From Eledone cirrhosa (taxonomy: Eukaryota): a DNA stretch of 64,000 nucleotides. A program made the translations under genes and the position numbers. Positions 41,241 through 56,895 of this stretch are shown one piece after another. The DNA is taken from positions 55,242,001-55,306,000 of the forward strand of contig OZ024742.1 of the NCBI GenBank assembly GCA_964016885.1, read 5' to 3'. A model generated the notes under the pieces. That model saw only the letters and a program-made list of their open reading frames with translations. It was not told where the DNA came from and searched no databases. How positions within the stretch are numbered: position 1 is the stretch's first letter; each line of letters begins with the position of its first letter.

Positions 41241-41936
41241 GGACTGTGGGGAGGCCAGCACGTGGGACCCCATTTGCTCACCATACGGAGAGATGGAGGC
41301 CATGATAGTGGGAGTTCGGCTGTTCTTTTATGTTTGCTTAGATTACAATTGCATTGTGATAGAAGTTGTGATAATCATCTAACGAGTTCCATTGGCACTG
41401 TAATATATTTTTTATCAATGGAATGCCTCATGTATTTGGACGTTGCACAATAAACACACGATATATTATATGATCTGCAAATGCTATCAGTTTAGCTTGT
41501 GAGAGAAGTGCTTGTTTTTATATTTGTCTTCTCTCTAATTGTATTCGCCCCCTTTAATATTTCCACAGGTTGTTATCTTGCTAGGAAACTACTCTAGGTT
41601 ATTTCCCATATCCTATATAATAGATATAATAGGAACGACTCTTAGGTAATTACCCTTGATTGATAATTAGGCAACTAATTACTCACAACAGGTTTATATT
41701 TACAATTGTAAAGTTTCACTCTAGTTACGTCTCTAATTACATATATAGTGCTATATATGTTGGATACTATATGTCTAACTGTTATGATTCACGGTGGAAA
41801 TTATAATTAGCACTTCACACATATGCAGACGAATAGAGAGTAATTTACTTTTCATTCAATCGTATGATAACAAATATATCGAAATTTCAGGTGCTAACAA
41901 AACGTAAGGAAGTGTGTAATTTGTGATGAACGTCTC

Positions 41937-42065
<129 letters not shown>

Positions 42066-43509
42066 TCTCTCTCTGTATATATATTGTTTTTCACACTCCT
42101 AATTATGTGTTACGCGCAATGTATAGTAAAAGGGACTGGAATTGATTAATAAATTATTAATTAAGCAGACCATGCATAGTGACATTTATTAGTTAAATGT
42201 GCCTTACATGAAGCGGGAGTAAAATTATTTAGTAGAATGTTTAGAAGGCGGGGATATTATTTAATATGTCAAACTATAGAGAATCAAGCGGGAAAATAAT
42301 TGATTATGGTAAAATTATATGGATAATGATATCGCTGAAATTAGTTTTCTAGTCATAAACGAGATATAACTTATGACGTTTTATAAAATATAAAATAGTT
42401 ATGAAAATACCCAATTAAAAACTATCTATTAATTATCATTTCCTTCCCACTCATTGTGAATTCATATGTATGATCAAACGGTGAGAGAAGGCACCAGTTA
42501 TTTACGATTATATCATCCTTTTCGACTTCCTCATTATCGGAATCGTTTGATCATAATTATAAATACACAAAGGCTGGAAATGAAATGCGATATAATAAGT
42601 AATCTTTTAACTGGGTACTTCATATTTTACTTTATATTGTTTTACATAAAGCTTAACTATATTACATTTTGCCTAGAAAACTATTTTCATTAATATTAAT
42701 CTGAACATACTTCTACTATAATCATTTTTCTCGTTTGATTTTGTAAAGTTCTGATATGTTAAATAATCTTCTTAATTTTATCTTTTGCTTTTATGCATAT
42801 TAAATTAATTGATATGATTAAGCATAGCCTCCTTAAAATGTAATCAATTTCAGTGAAGCTCTAAATTGTATACTGAGCATAAACATATATATGAAAGTGC
42901 GTGTATGTGTTCGTTCTCCATCTTCAAACGCCTGCTCCTATTTTCTTGTTGCCAAACTTGCAACGTATTCACTGAGGTTTCCATTTATTCTGGGCCAAAT
43001 GGTAACAGAATTCACATTATATGGGACACACAGATGTAAATATGTTAGAATCAATTTCTATTTAAAAACCTAATTGAAAATTACATTAATTTCTATGTCC
43101 ACGCATGGCAAGACAATTAAAAGATTTGCGCATAATTATTACATGGCACTACATACATCTGAAATATATTTTTATGAATTAACATTTTTCAGTTGATTTT
43201 ATTACAACTAAATATAACTCGTCCTCTCCTATACTTGTGGACATGCAGGTACCATGTATCGAGTGCAACTGAGGACTGTTTTGTATCTATGTAACATCTG
43301 GTATAACATCAAACCAGGTACTAGGTTTGATTGCTTACGATAGAAATACATATAGCCGAAATATCTTATCGTCAAAGTCGGTAATATATTTACATTTCAG
43401 AAAAATATTTTTTTTAATTATAAAGAACATTTTCTAGATCAATATAGCTATGTGCTGAATCATATATTTGATCTTAGTGCTAATACATTTGTATCTATAT
43501 ATATAATCT

Positions 43510-44728
43510 TGCATACATTATTTTCAACTTTTTCTATTAATAACTTCATTGTTTCTCTCCAGGTAAATTGACATCTGACTGTCTGAATGATATTTTAGAA
43601 GTAACTAGTAATGCTTTCTTTTGAAAATGGTAAACATTTGGCATCATGGTGTTATCAGGTACCTGCAGAATAATGGTTCATCCCCCTAGGACAATCATTA
43701 TGATATGTTTCTGCATTAGGAGATGAGCCTCCAGAATCAAAATTGTGCAAAAGTAGGCAGTTACATTTAAGAGAGGAAGGGAGAGTCTTGAAGAGTATCC
43801 AAGGTCTGAACGTTCTGCAACAGCCAACGCCGACAAGAACATTGATCGTATTCACCACATATTGATGGATGACAGGCGATTAACTGTCAGTCAAATAGCC
43901 AATTGTATTAGCATATAGAGTGGGAGAATTGAGAATATTCTGCACAATGAACTTGGTATGACGAAGGCTAATGCTCAGTGGGTGCTACGTCTACGGACAT
44001 CTTAAAAAAAGTGCACAAGGCTGATCACTCCAAGGAAAAATCTGACATTATTTGATGCATGTTTATCTGGTTACCTTGAACGTTTTCTAAATCACGATGG
44101 GTGTTTGGTTCACTACTTTGAGCCAAAGACAAAAAGCCAATTTAGGCAGTGAAAACACTCTTCCTCACCTGCTCCAAAGAAGGCTAAGATCGTTCTATCT
44201 GCAGGGAATGTGACCCGCTCTGTATTATGGTATGTAAAAGGCATTGTGTTTATTGACTATCATTAGAAGGGTCACACCAGCAATGGAAAGTTGTATGCAA
44301 AATTGCAGAATCAGTTACGAAAGGCTATCAAGACCAACCGACCCAGAATACTGAAGGAAGGGATCTTGTTCCATCAGGACAATGATCCAGCAATGACGTT
44401 CTTCGTTTCAATAACTGCTATGCATGACTGTGGCTTTGGACTTGTTGAGCACCCTCCCTATTCTCCTTAGGTAGCCCCATCTGACTATCATCACTTTTCC
44501 AACATGAAAAAACTCCTGCCAGGGAACCAGTATTGCAAACATGATGACGACATATTTGCTGCCGATGATCTTATTGACTAACAGGATGAAAGCTTTTTCC
44601 CTAATTCGATCCAATCACTGCGGCACCGATGGGAAGTGTGAGGACCGCAAGGGGGACTGTGATGAAACATAAACCTCATTTGGCTTAATTTATTGAGATT
44701 AACTTGTTCAGACTACGCACGTTTCAGC
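43510..44728 (+). mobile_element. Decayed mariner (DD34D-type) transposon
   Basis: DDRRLTVSQIA, ILHNELGMTK, WVLRL (WVPRL), HYFEPKTK, PAPKKAK, GILFHQDN, HPPYSP*VAPSDY; multiple stops; TIRs not confidently seen. Confidence 0.88.
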
Positions 44729-44740
44729 ACACACACACAC

Positions 44741-44792
<52 letters not shown>

Positions 44793-44816
44793 ATATATAT
44801 ATATGTATACACACAG

Positions 44817-44936
<120 letters not shown>

Positions 44937-44978
44937 TAGTATTGGTGCTCTGAAATACCGATGTATACATGAATCTAC

Positions 44979-45186
44979 GTATAGTATGTTATGTTGGCAA
45001 TATACTGTATGTCTAATCAATAGCATTTAGAAGACCATTCGTTATGAGTTGTAAAGCAGTGTCTATGTCAGTTACTTATTCTGGGCTCTCGAGAATAAGT
45101 AGGTGACATAGTCACTACTTTAAAACTCATAACGAATGGTCTTCAAAATGCTATTGATTAGACATACAGTATATTGCCAAATATAC

Positions 45187-45191
<5 letters not shown>
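44979..45191. repeat. ~210-bp imperfect palindrome between (TG)n and (CA)n tracts
   Basis: ttggcaatatactgtatgtctaatcaatagcattt is mirrored by aaatgctattgattagacatacagtatattgccaa; loop 45083-45091. Confidence 0.9.
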
Positions 45192-45230
<39 letters not shown>

Positions 45231-45232
<2 letters not shown>

Positions 45233-46120
45233 ACGAAGGAAGAGAGGTAAGGAACCAGGTGGGCCATAACGCACCAGAATACTCGATACTTTGGGTAGTA
45301 GAGTGGGTAAGAGGAAAAGGTTCAGGACACCGACGGCAGAGCTCAAGCCGTTTCGACGGCTATATCTGGACTAAATTAAATTTTTAGCGTGGTAGTGATA
45401 TACCCTAACTTCTCAAGGGGTAATTCCATATATGGGCATGAGATAATCATGCAATTTTGAGGTTTGTTTTCAAAAGGATTGGTCGAACTTTCTTTTAAAC
45501 ACAGTTAAATCTTTCATGGCGGTGTCTAGGGGGTGGGGGTGGCTGAACTTCCCTGTAGAACAAGGGCGGTGTGGGTGATGCCTGTCAAGCGTTAAAAAGA
45601 AATTCTGTACAACAAATTCTAAGGAGTTTGGTTGATGTAGGCTAGCTAGAAAGCAGGCGAAAATATAGAATTATACAGCAATCTGAAAATGGGAAATTCT
45701 AAAATTAATAAAAAACAGCTGCTATATGTTTAGCTGGTGTTGCGTTTTCAGCCAATGCTATATAGAATTCACGGGGGTGGGGGTACTGAGGCTACAAAAG
45801 CCCGATGGGCTGCCTCAGGGTAAACGAAAGAGGAAAAAGGAAAAAGAAGAGGAGAGGGAGTGGAAGGAAGTGAGAAGAGATAAAGAGAAAAAAGAAAAGA
45901 ATTACATCTACCTATGTATGCTGGGGTTTCCCCTACCTTGTTCGGCAAGTGGGGAGAAGAGGGATATTGCAGGCATTGTCTACCCAACCGGGTCATGAGG
46001 GGGTTTGAAGGCGACGTAAGTCTTGCGCAATCGGTGTTTACATGCTTTACATGTTACAAGTTCGTCTTTTTTGTTTATGAGTTGCTCCTTCGTAAAATGT
46101 ATTCGTTGATATTGTAAAAA
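45231..46120 (-). mobile_element. PLE family D: ORF C-terminus plus 3' pseudo-LTR
   Basis: LINKKDELVTCK..KHRLRK (~46020-46085) resembles the PLE LNKRSE..SKCRH end; hammerhead near the 3' end; ends at (TA)n. Confidence 0.8.
45327..45421 (-). ncRNA. Hammerhead, U3-A8 core (family D)
   Basis: Minus strand: acccc-TTGAGAA-gttagggtatatc...gatatagccgtc-GAAA-cggc(ttgagctct)gccg-TC/ggtgt. Confidence 0.75.
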
Positions 46121-48153
46121 CTGTGCGAGTTAAAGTACTCCCTTACACAATATTGAAATGAAATGTAATTCTATATGTGATTTAATTCTTTCGCTACAAT
46201 AGTCCTAATTAAATGCACTTGTTTATGAATTTCCAATAATTGCGAAAATAAACACAAATATGGAGGTTTACATTATTAAGTTATTGTTTGGAATAAAATG
46301 CCTCAAATAAAATTACAATGGAAGGTTTGCAAACATTTTAACACGCTTGTTCCCTTGTTTTTGAAAGTCGACAATGCTTATGATTTTCAATTAACTTGAA
46401 ACCGAATCAAGAATTTGACGGGTTTGGCTAAAATAACGGATTTTTTTTTATTATTAAGTGGGTGTTTGGAGAAGGACGTAGCGACACTTTCATGAAATAT
46501 ATGAAGGAGGGTTTTTTAAACATATGTTTAATTTCAACACTTTTGTACCGTTGTTTGTAATGGTAGACGCTCCTTATGGTTTTCAATTATTATTATTTTT
46601 TTAATCACAATCTTGAAGGGTTACAGTAAAATAACTAATTTTCTTATTAAGTATTTTTTTTTAAGAACAAAGTAACAGCTCTTGCAAAAGACTATGTGGT
46701 AAGATTTATAAAAAATATAAACACTCTAAAATAAACAACTGAGTATTACAGAAGTAGGGATGATTTCAGTTGGTTTGGTATCAAGTGTGTTAGTATATAA
46801 CCTTTGCAATATGATGATGGAAAGAAAAATTCTTAAAAAGATAAGTCATGAGTGACGATGCTTCATGTAGCTCCATGTTAACATCAAATTATGATATTTG
46901 CTTCATAACATGGGGTGGGGGTGAGGGGTTCTTGAGGAAAGCCGACGAAACACACATTCAGTCATCTAGAGAATGAAGGTAGGAATAAAGGGCAACATTG
47001 CTATTATCTATTCGGTATTTGTGCTAACCCTTACTAAAAGTCATGAATCTTGAGTAATCACCGTTAGAATACGATTTTGAATTCAACCAGCCCAAATGAG
47101 GTTTGACTGAAGGGTCTTTGAAGTACTGTTACTCGAATGATCGCGTAGCTCGGAAATCATGTAGTCGCTCCAGTTAGGGCCACTACTTTACAAATTTAGA
47201 GACCACATTTGCGATCATAAGGACGCATGCTCCGAATGTTTCAGAAAACAATCGGGGAACAGATTGTACGGGAAAAACGAAATGCCGGGTGACCCAGGGG
47301 TAGACTCCGAGCATCATGGTTAAACAACATCCATAAACCCAACTGGTCTCACTTGGCGACCAAGCCGGATCAATTGAAGACAGTTGCCTCTTACAGGACC
47401 TACTGGAAGGCGGGCTGAAGGAATACGCTCTCATGACTTTCCATGGTATAATTGGGTGAAAAAAAGAAGAAGATGTTTCTCCACCCAAGGAACGCTTTTT
47501 ACATTAACTTTATTATAATTATTTCTGATGAGGAGGTGAATGTAAAATAGTAATCGAAATTATTGATTATTGATTACGTCTCATTACTGAGTGGCGTGTA
47601 AAGAGGTTAAAAAGTAAGAAATAAGAACAACAAAAAAAGAAGATAAAGAAGAACAAGCTTAATTAGTGTTCCCATTGACTAATAAATAACAATTCATAAG
47701 GAATTCGTCATGCATAAGTATAAAAGGCTTACCCACGATGCAACGCTGCTTAAATGAACTACACAGCCATGTGTCGCAGTCCTTACTGAATTTAAAAGTA
47801 CTTAATTGCAAAACGGATTCTTTATCCCTACAGCCATGCCAGTGATATTCAGTTAGTTTACAAACAACATTCTGAACTTTAACACGTAGCATTTTTACCA
47901 CATTAGACACGTGTAAAATAGTAAGGTACACAGTTTTATTCGTTCGTTCTCATCAATTTTCTATTAAAAATAGACATTTATTGTAAATCTTTAACATATT
48001 ACAGACATATTTTAATATTAAATCAGATGTATTGTACTCGCTAAGGAAATCACTGCAGCCTCTATTTTACCATGTTCCCAAGAAACTGGAACAACTCTCT
48101 CACTCTCTCCATCTTTCAAATTACGCTCTAGCACGTATTTAATATAATTATGC

Positions 48154-48279
<126 letters not shown>

Positions 48280-48325
48280 AAGTAAAATAAATAAGTCAAA
48301 TGTTTAAAATTTAGCTTCGTTTATT

Positions 48326-48380
48326 ACTGCTATATATATTTCAGTGACAGCCATCTTTGGCTGTGACATCTTCAGGCAGT
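48326..48380 (-). ncRNA. Type I hammerhead ribozyme (family B; element ~48273-48960)
   Basis: Minus strand: actgc-CTGAAGA-tgt-c-acagcca(aaga)tggctgt-c-act-GAAA-tatata-TA/gcagt. Confidence 0.85.
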
Positions 48381-49870
48381 CCGAATTAGTGTGGTATAGA
48401 CAAGTACATATGTTGTTGAGGTGTATAATTTTGTCAATACTCTGATATGCCCAGTTCCTAGTTGGGTTGTTATTTCACTGAGGAACTGGAATCATATGAA
48501 TTCAAACAAACGAACTTCAGTGTCAAAGGGTCTCTTCTCCTCTCATTGGTCAGTTGTTAGAACATTCCTCATTCAAAAGTCTATAGAAATTCGTTTTGAG
48601 GCAAGCCAATCTGTAGTTGTTGTTCTTGTTATTGTTAGGTACATCTGACCTCAATTCTGATGTTGGTAGTGTTGTTATTGTTGGAGTTAGCTTAAAAAAT
48701 TGATAAAGTGGCAGAAGGAACAAGGTGGTAAAGGAACAAAATAACAAAAAAATGTCAAACTTCCCATTGGTCAGTTTTGAGGGCATTCCTCAATCAGAAG
48801 TCTATAGAAATTCTTTCTGGGGTGAGGCTCCCTGTAGTGTTTGTGTTTGCTATTGTTAAGTACATTTGACCTCCACCCTTATTTTGGTAGTGTTGTTGGT
48901 GTTGTGATCAGCTTATGTCTTGCTGCTGCTGACAATTTAGAAGTATCTGTGTGTGTTTTTTCATCCCTCCTGCCACCATCTCCCGTGATGGTGGTGGTGG
49001 TGGTGGGGAGGGGTTCTTCCATGTATATGAATAAATATAAGACGATAAATGAACAAAAAAAAGAAAATAAATAATAAACAGAGAATAAAGAATAAATGAA
49101 AAGTTGGTGAAAAAGTAATGAAAATGAATATGGAGAAGTGAAAAATGAAATGAAGATTCAAATAAAGTGGGATAAAGTGTGTGTGTGCTATAAGCAATCT
49201 CAAGGTCAGAAATATGTTGGATAGATTGGCATGAGGTACAAGATGTTAAAATAATAAAAGAATAAGATAATCAAACAAAATATGTTTGTGTTATAAACAA
49301 TCTCAACTTAAAATAAATATAAGGTGATACAGTGAAGAGAACAGAAAACAAATAACAAATTAATAAAGAGAAATCAAGATTTAAAATTGAAGGTTGAAAA
49401 TCAGAAATCAAGTAAATTAAAATGTGTTTGTGTTATATAGATGTTGGCCAAATTATAATGGCTGTGTCCGATTCAATCTCTAGGCTATCATGGTGTCTGC
49501 TCAGCCTGGGTTGTTCCCTATGGCTTGAGGGGAGTTCTCAACCTAGGGTGTTATTACTGCCCATATAGCTTGAGGGGCCGAGAGGTGTCTACATGTCCCG
49601 AAGAAGTCGGTTCTGAGGTTTATCAGACCACTTCCACCTCTTAGTATCTCGCGGGTCTCGTTCAGGCATAGTTTGCATATGCAAGATCCCCCTTTATCGG
49701 GTGGTACTTTCCTGATTATGTACCAGGGGTCCTGTCCAGCTTAAGCTTCCAGATCAAGTCGGAGAGAGCCATGGTTTTCATTTTGGCCTCCTTATTGAAT
49801 AAATCTAGACATATATATATACACACACACACGCATTCACACACACAAACACGCACATTATATATATATA

Positions 49871-49980
<110 letters not shown>

Positions 49981-50446
49981 TATATATATATATGATAAAA
50001 ATGAAACGAAATTTCATTTCTCACTCTTAGTACGGCTGTTACTTATATATATGTCTGTATTTTCCTGTAATCACTAATGATATCGCTGAATCATTTATTT
50101 TCTACTTCTATTTGACGCCCATTAATGTGCAATCTGGTATATTCACTTAACGACACTTTCATCACAATTCCTTCAAGTGCAGTGAAGGTTAGAGTTTGCT
50201 TCTGATTAGGTGATAATCAGTTCATCCGAAGCATATTCAAAAGGCGTATGTCTCATTAAGCTTATATGTGCGTTCTATTAAGCAATATTTTTCACCTTTA
50301 TGTCATGTGTATATGAGAGTTACTTCCTATAAAATTATTGTAAATTATGCTTCATTGAGAGAGTGTGAAAATCCTAGAATCGTCGAAACGTTTTATGCTT
50401 CTGTTTGTCCTCACCAGCAATAATACCTATTCCCAGTTGTGTATAT

Positions 50447-50541
<95 letters not shown>

Positions 50542-51711
50542 GTTAAATGGAGAGAGAACGAGAGGGAGAAAGGAGGAGAGAGAAAATAGTGACCTGCTCT
50601 AAAGACCCAAAGACAATAAATATGTTGCAATATTTTGAATTATACGAAATTCTCTTTCGAGGCATGTGCTCGTGTTAAACTGGTATAATCTATAACTTAA
50701 TTTCGTGGAATTGAATATCCTAGATGTTACTGTTGGATTTGTCTGGTAACATATATAATGATGCGGCCCAAGATATACTTTTGGAACATATTTCGAAGAA
50801 ATTTCTCAAAGTTAAATCAATATATCAAACTTGCTAATTGAAGAAAATGATACATTTCTAAATTTAGTAGACAATGCAAATATAAATGTATGGCAGAGAT
50901 AGCCGTCTCCTATGTTTTAATAAATGAGGATGACCACTTGGTTTCATTTGCATAATTGCATATTTCACTTCAATTATTTAAAACATATGCTTGTGAAAAA
51001 TCAAAAATGTCACGGTCTCGAGGGTACATTAATTGTTATAGTGGTGTATGCTGGTCAGGCGATTAGAGAATGATTATTAATGAACTTTGTAGATGATAAC
51101 TGAAACAAATTTAACCCTTATATGACCTCACTAAAATAAGATAAATTGAATTATATTTAATTGATTATTTCGTTATTAATGTAGTAGCTATGCCATAAGA
51201 AATGGTCATATAAAATTATATTGAAATATTTTAGATTAAACGAGAATATTTTAAAATTGTTTTATAAAAGAGGCGGTTCAGATGGGGTTGGTATGAAAAG
51301 AACTGAAAAAATGAATATTAGTGAGCATGTATTAAACAGACTCTCTATTTTTAGAAACAGTATATAATTTTAAATTGAAAGCAGCGATGTTTTGAGAAAC
51401 AAAGCTCATTTTGATAATTGCCATATCATGTGAGATACTTGTCAAGAAAGCTTGTTCAATATTTCCGAGTAAACAGGTATGTGGCAATTCACTCCTAAAT
51501 ATTACGAGAGTAACATTCCAGCGCGTAAAACTTTCAGCTCGTCTGATAAAACGAAGCGTTATGATACTTGAGCAAGGATGGATGTTCACACAACACTTCA
51601 AGTAATAACATTTCTTTCACTACACATACACACATACACACTTGTGTGTGTCTGTGTGTCTGTGTGTGTGTGTGTATGTGTGCGTGTGTGCGTGCGTGCA
51701 TGTATGTGTGA

Positions 51712-51798
<87 letters not shown>

Positions 51799-52875
51799 TG
51801 TAAAGAAAAGTGTCATATTCAAAGGAGCCTAATTACGTTTTTATTTTATTCAAATTATAGGTAATTCATATACGTCTGAATCACAACAGGTGAATTAATA
51901 TTAATTGAATATTGAATATTGACTAACATTGCTTTTTACTGTTTAGAGACTTTAGGAATTGATAGTTTTTCTTTTGTTCAGATAATCTTAACAGGCGTAT
52001 AAGAACGTAAGGAACCGTCAAATGTATGGTTTGTGTTCTCCTCATGTACAATATTCCCATTGAAATAACATTTTTGTAAAATATTTATTACTATATGATT
52101 CACGCTAATGTTTTCAATCATTATTTCAAATATATCTTTCAGCATAAAGCAAAATAAATTCTTTTATTGTGCAGAAATCACACCACCCGTAGATTTCTAT
52201 GTTTATTACAGATTATAATGCGTTTAATCTGGTCTTTCTAGCTTCTTAGTGAAACACGCAGCAGATCTGATAAATGTTTATATGCTAGCAGATTATGCTG
52301 GCGAGGATAGCTTACAAGCAATCTAACTAATGTTTAGCATTAGTCTGCAGCCACATGTGCCGTGGAAGATACCAAGGTTTAGACCGGCCACATTACATCA
52401 TTACATTATATGAAGAAGCCGGGTAAGATAAAACGTGACGTTGTTCTAAGCGATATTGGAACACATATAATAGGAACATTCATGCTTAACATATGTTAAG
52501 AAAGCTATCAGAAAGCTAGGAAGCAAATTTCATGTAGAAAATATAAATTGTTTGATATAGTCTTTTATTTGTTTTCATTTTTTTATTGAAAAATGTGTTA
52601 AACTATTTTCCTTTAAAATAAGGAAACAAGAAATAAACTCGTATATACACATTGAAAGGTTCAAAAAGTTACAGAGGTAAATCATCATATAATATTCAAG
52701 CACTACAACTTAGATAATTCTACACTTTACATTCAAATGTTCACTTTCTGTCAACGTTAAATCTGAGCCAGGCAGGTGGTATTACAGTTTAATATGCGAA
52801 CTCTAGTATTTTGTGTGTGTATTCTCATATTTCTTAATCGTCTTTTGCAGCTTGGTTGGTATACATTTCTTCCCA

Positions 52876-53400
52876 CTCCTCCTCCTTCTTCTTCTTCTTC
52901 TTCTTCTTCTTCTTCTTGGTAGGATCGTGGGGAGAGAATCATCAAGCACACATTCCAATGGGTCCTGTCAGAAACAAACATCTCCAATTGATCCGACCTC
53001 GTCCCCAGAGAATTTCCTAACACTTTCTAAACACAAGTCCGAATTTTCGGATCTGTGATCTCTCAATTTGGAGAAGTAGAACTCTACATCGAGTAACTCT
53101 CTGACATTATTCAAGCTACGCACTCTACCGAGTAACGTTACTCCGAAGACCCTACAGTGGAACCCCATTTCAGCCGCTTGTAGTTGTGATCGGTTATTAC
53201 CCAAAGTTCATGACCTTTGGTAATGTTTGGCAGGAATACCGAATTAAAGATAGCAATTTCGGCTTTTATCTCTCATCTATTGATGACCGAATTCTGAAGC
53301 TGGCGGAATGCTGCATCAGCTATGCATTTACTGCACGTTATTCAGCCTCCTACTTTCCATCACTCGTGACCATGGCCCCAAGATAGTTGAACTTCAAATG
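52876..53400 (-). mobile_element. Decayed RTE-like LINE 3' fragment with (GAA)n tail
   Basis: RSQLQAAEMGFHCRVFGVTLLGRVRS...VRELLDVE. Confidence 0.7.
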
Positions 53401-56400
53401 AACTCCCAAACCTATCAAGTACATGTCAGAGATCACCTTCTGACGAGTATTACCATGTAGTCTGCAGAACCCAGTAGACTGATCCAGTGAACTCATTACC
53501 TAACTTTGCACATCTTTACTGTCACTGCTATAACCTTTCGCGTCTACTTGTACCACAAGTACAAGAAAGAGGTCCTATTTCCAATCAAAGCTTTGTAAGG
53601 CTCCTTGCTTGCTGGAATGGCATCTTTGATCACTTGATTGAAACAATGTGTCCTCCTGCCAAGCGACACCACACCCAGCCGCTTTCACCAGAGGAATTTA
53701 ACAGCTGATGTGGGAACTTCCTAAATTCATAATTTAATAATACTTTCCAAAGTATTGCCAGACTCATCATCAGGAATGTTGACCGCTTATAATTACTGCT
53801 TCTTCTTTTGTAATAAAATGTACTGCAGGACGTCTTAAGATTGAGAAACTGATATTCCAAACGAAATGCACATGTTTTCAAAAATACAAGAAATTAATAA
53901 AACGTGTACAATATGTTTTCTGGTAACATTAAGATATATAATGCGTTATTTAAATCCAATTGTTCATATGCTCGTTAAACTGTGAAATATTGAAAGATTC
54001 TAGAATTTGATAATCTATAGTTTCAACACTACATATTTCGAAATGTTTAAGTATCATTCAGTAGAATATCAGAACTTAATCTGATTATTAGCTTTAACTT
54101 TTTTATTAAATTGTTTATCAGGTTTTCTTATAGCATTATTTCGCAGGATGATTTCTTAACGGATAATTTAATGCATAATTCCTGATCTACAGTATATGTT
54201 AATATAAAATAAAGCAACACTATGAATTACTTGAACATTCTTAAGTTCTTTTTCTTGCGTATTTCTCATATAAATTCTAAATAATTATAATATATATACC
54301 GTTTATTGCTTAAGATATTTGACATATCATATAATCTTATTTTCTTCTTTTGTCCCTTTCATTGACAAATGTCTAACGAAACACACTGTCTATTGCATTG
54401 ACATTTTGAAAATAACCAAGAAGCTGGATGGATATATCAATATAACATTTGTATTATTTAGTTGCTGTTTGATTAGCAATGCCGTTACAGGTTTCCACAA
54501 ATGCATTGCAGCATTTAGGCATGAATCTTTAAGTTTTATGTTCAAATCACGCTGAGGTCATCTTTGTAATTTATAGTTCCAGCATCGATAAAATAAAACT
54601 CCATTTATTTACTGCGGTCAATGTTATCGACTTTTCCTCACCTAAAGTTGCTGGCGTTGTGTCTATATTAGGAAGAATATCGTAATGGTTCTTGTTACTA
54701 GTTGTGTCAGAAACAATATCATAAAACGTAATGCAACGGTAGCTGATTACTGTTACTCTACTATCAAGGATAATATGATGAAATATTGAAGGAAATTTAT
54801 GATCATCATCATTAGCAGCAGCATTAACACCGACAGGAACAACATACACTAAATATGCAAGGCAGTGTAATCATGAAATGTGAGCTTATCGCAAGCTATG
54901 TTGCATCGACGATAAATAAACACCTGCACAGAGTCAGAATTAATGCAAATCTCCAAAAGGGAATGGAATTTTCAATGTCATCTATTTAAAGAGGTATGTT
55001 TAAAAGATCATGTACCACGTCGATCTATGCCAAAGAGCATTTATACGGCTAGCATCATTGCGGCAAGTGGATTACTGGAACAATTTGACAAAAATGATTA
55101 TATATTGGTTTGGATAGATTTTCCTAGTGTATATGGTTCTATGTTCAAGGCATACTAAATTGCCCTACATCAAATTGATCATGTATTAAACCATCTAAGA
55201 CATGGTACGATGCGTAATAAAATGTATTGTATTTATGAGATAAATGATTTGAATGTTGAATGCGCTGATCCCCAACGTATATTTCCTATGCTTCGTATTC
55301 ATTTACGAATTGCAGCAATGCATGGATAACATAGATGTTTTGAATAAAATGTACCTAGCTACTAACTTGAAATTTGTTTACTGATGAAAACAATCAACCA
55401 TATTTAATTAACTTGATATTTGTATTTATTTATACTGATATATATGTCTATATTTGCGGATGTGTTTGAGAATGTATGTCTGTGTGTGTGTGTGCATGTA
55501 TGTGTGTTTCAATAAGTAACAGGGTCGATATGATCGATTAAATCGAACCGATGCATTAGTTCTCTATCAATCGGTGCGTTTAACTGAACTCTAATAACGT
55601 TTACAAAAATAAACAGATATAAATATTTCAAGTAGATAGATACGTAGAAACAGAATCATAAACGACTTAAAGCACGACGTAAAATTAACCATCAAATTAC
55701 TCTTAAACTACCGTTTTATGGCACTTAAAATATCGATTATATAGAATACTGTTTTATTATGCATAAGAATGAATATCGATTGGTAAAGTCAAGCATTTGA
55801 AATCACATTACGTGCTGAAAAAATATTTCATACACAATCTGTTAATCACATTTTACAGTTTAACTATGATATGAAAATAAAGTATCTGAATAAGGAGTGA
55901 CATTTCCCCCTATATATGCATTCTGTCTCCCGCGGTGTGTATCCTTATGTCGCGTGTTAAAGCGTTACTTCTAGCCTGTCGTTGTTAGAGAGAGAATCAG
56001 GAAAGGCGAGGTAAAAAGAAAATGGAAGATGTTTTAGGGTAAAATGTGACCGTTCCTTTCAGTATTTTGATATAAATATATTTTTTTAAATATATCAAAT
56101 CCGTCATTATTTATTACAGGGAATACTGATCAAATATCATCCAATAATTGTTCAAATATATCCATAAGCCAAGGCGTAAAAAAAATGCTTTCTATGTCAG
56201 AAAAATCTGGTATTAATTAATGATTAGCAAAACATTTGTTAATTCGTAATTATTCACAATCCAAAGCGATAAATATGCAACAGTATGATCCATACCATCT
56301 AGGCGTTCGTTGACCTCATTATATAACACTTTCGTTGATTCATATACAAGAGCGGTTGCTTTTTAATTAAGCATACAGTGTATTGCAAAATACACTGTAT

Positions 56401-56405
56401 ATACA

Positions 56406-56476
<71 letters not shown>

Positions 56477-56495
56477 TATTAAAATAACAGATCAA

Positions 56496-56546
56496 AGTTT
56501 AAGCAAAGAATTGCTGCTTTCACCCTTAACGGGATCTTCTGAAACT
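56496..56546 (-). ncRNA. Hammerhead-like motif with CAGAAGA (U4A) core (family C; element ~56474-56965)
   Basis: Minus strand: agttt-CAGAAGA-t-ccc(gttaa)ggg-t-GAAA-gca(gcaattctt)tgc-TT/aaact. Confidence 0.68.
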
Positions 56547-56633
56547 AACAAAGTCAATCTGTGAACGCAGAAGTGAAAATTTCAAAAAACGTTGCAACCG
56601 GAGGAAGACAGGAAGACGATACTTTGGTTTGTG

Positions 56634-56895
56634 GAAACGTTCGCTGGCAAAGAACGGGAAAAAACGAATATATATGTCATTATTTGGAGCGGTGAAAAAC
56701 AATTACACGCAAAGACAAAACCACGTTTATGACTTAAAAGAAGTCGTAGACTAATATTTTATTAGGTGGTTCATAGAGACGTTCTCTGGCAATGAACGGA
56801 AAAAACGAAGATAATACGTCATATGTGGAGCGGGGAGAACAATTGCACACAAAGACAAAACCGCGTAAATGGTATAACTGAAGTCGTAGACTAAA
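56634..56895 (+). repeat. Diverged tandem duplication (~140 bp) inside the family C element
   Basis: acgttc.ctggcaa.gaacgg...caaagacaaaacc.cgt...gaagtcgtagactaa occurs twice. Confidence 0.8.

Noticed and set aside
47517-47575. CTGATGA...GAAA possible hammerhead
   Set aside because: Stems I and II do not pair convincingly; at best a heavily decayed copy.
54571-54849. 92-aa ORF with a vaguely cadherin-like NDDDHKFPSIF segment
   Set aside because: Lacks the PE, LDRE and DxD cadherin motifs; no supporting exon structure.
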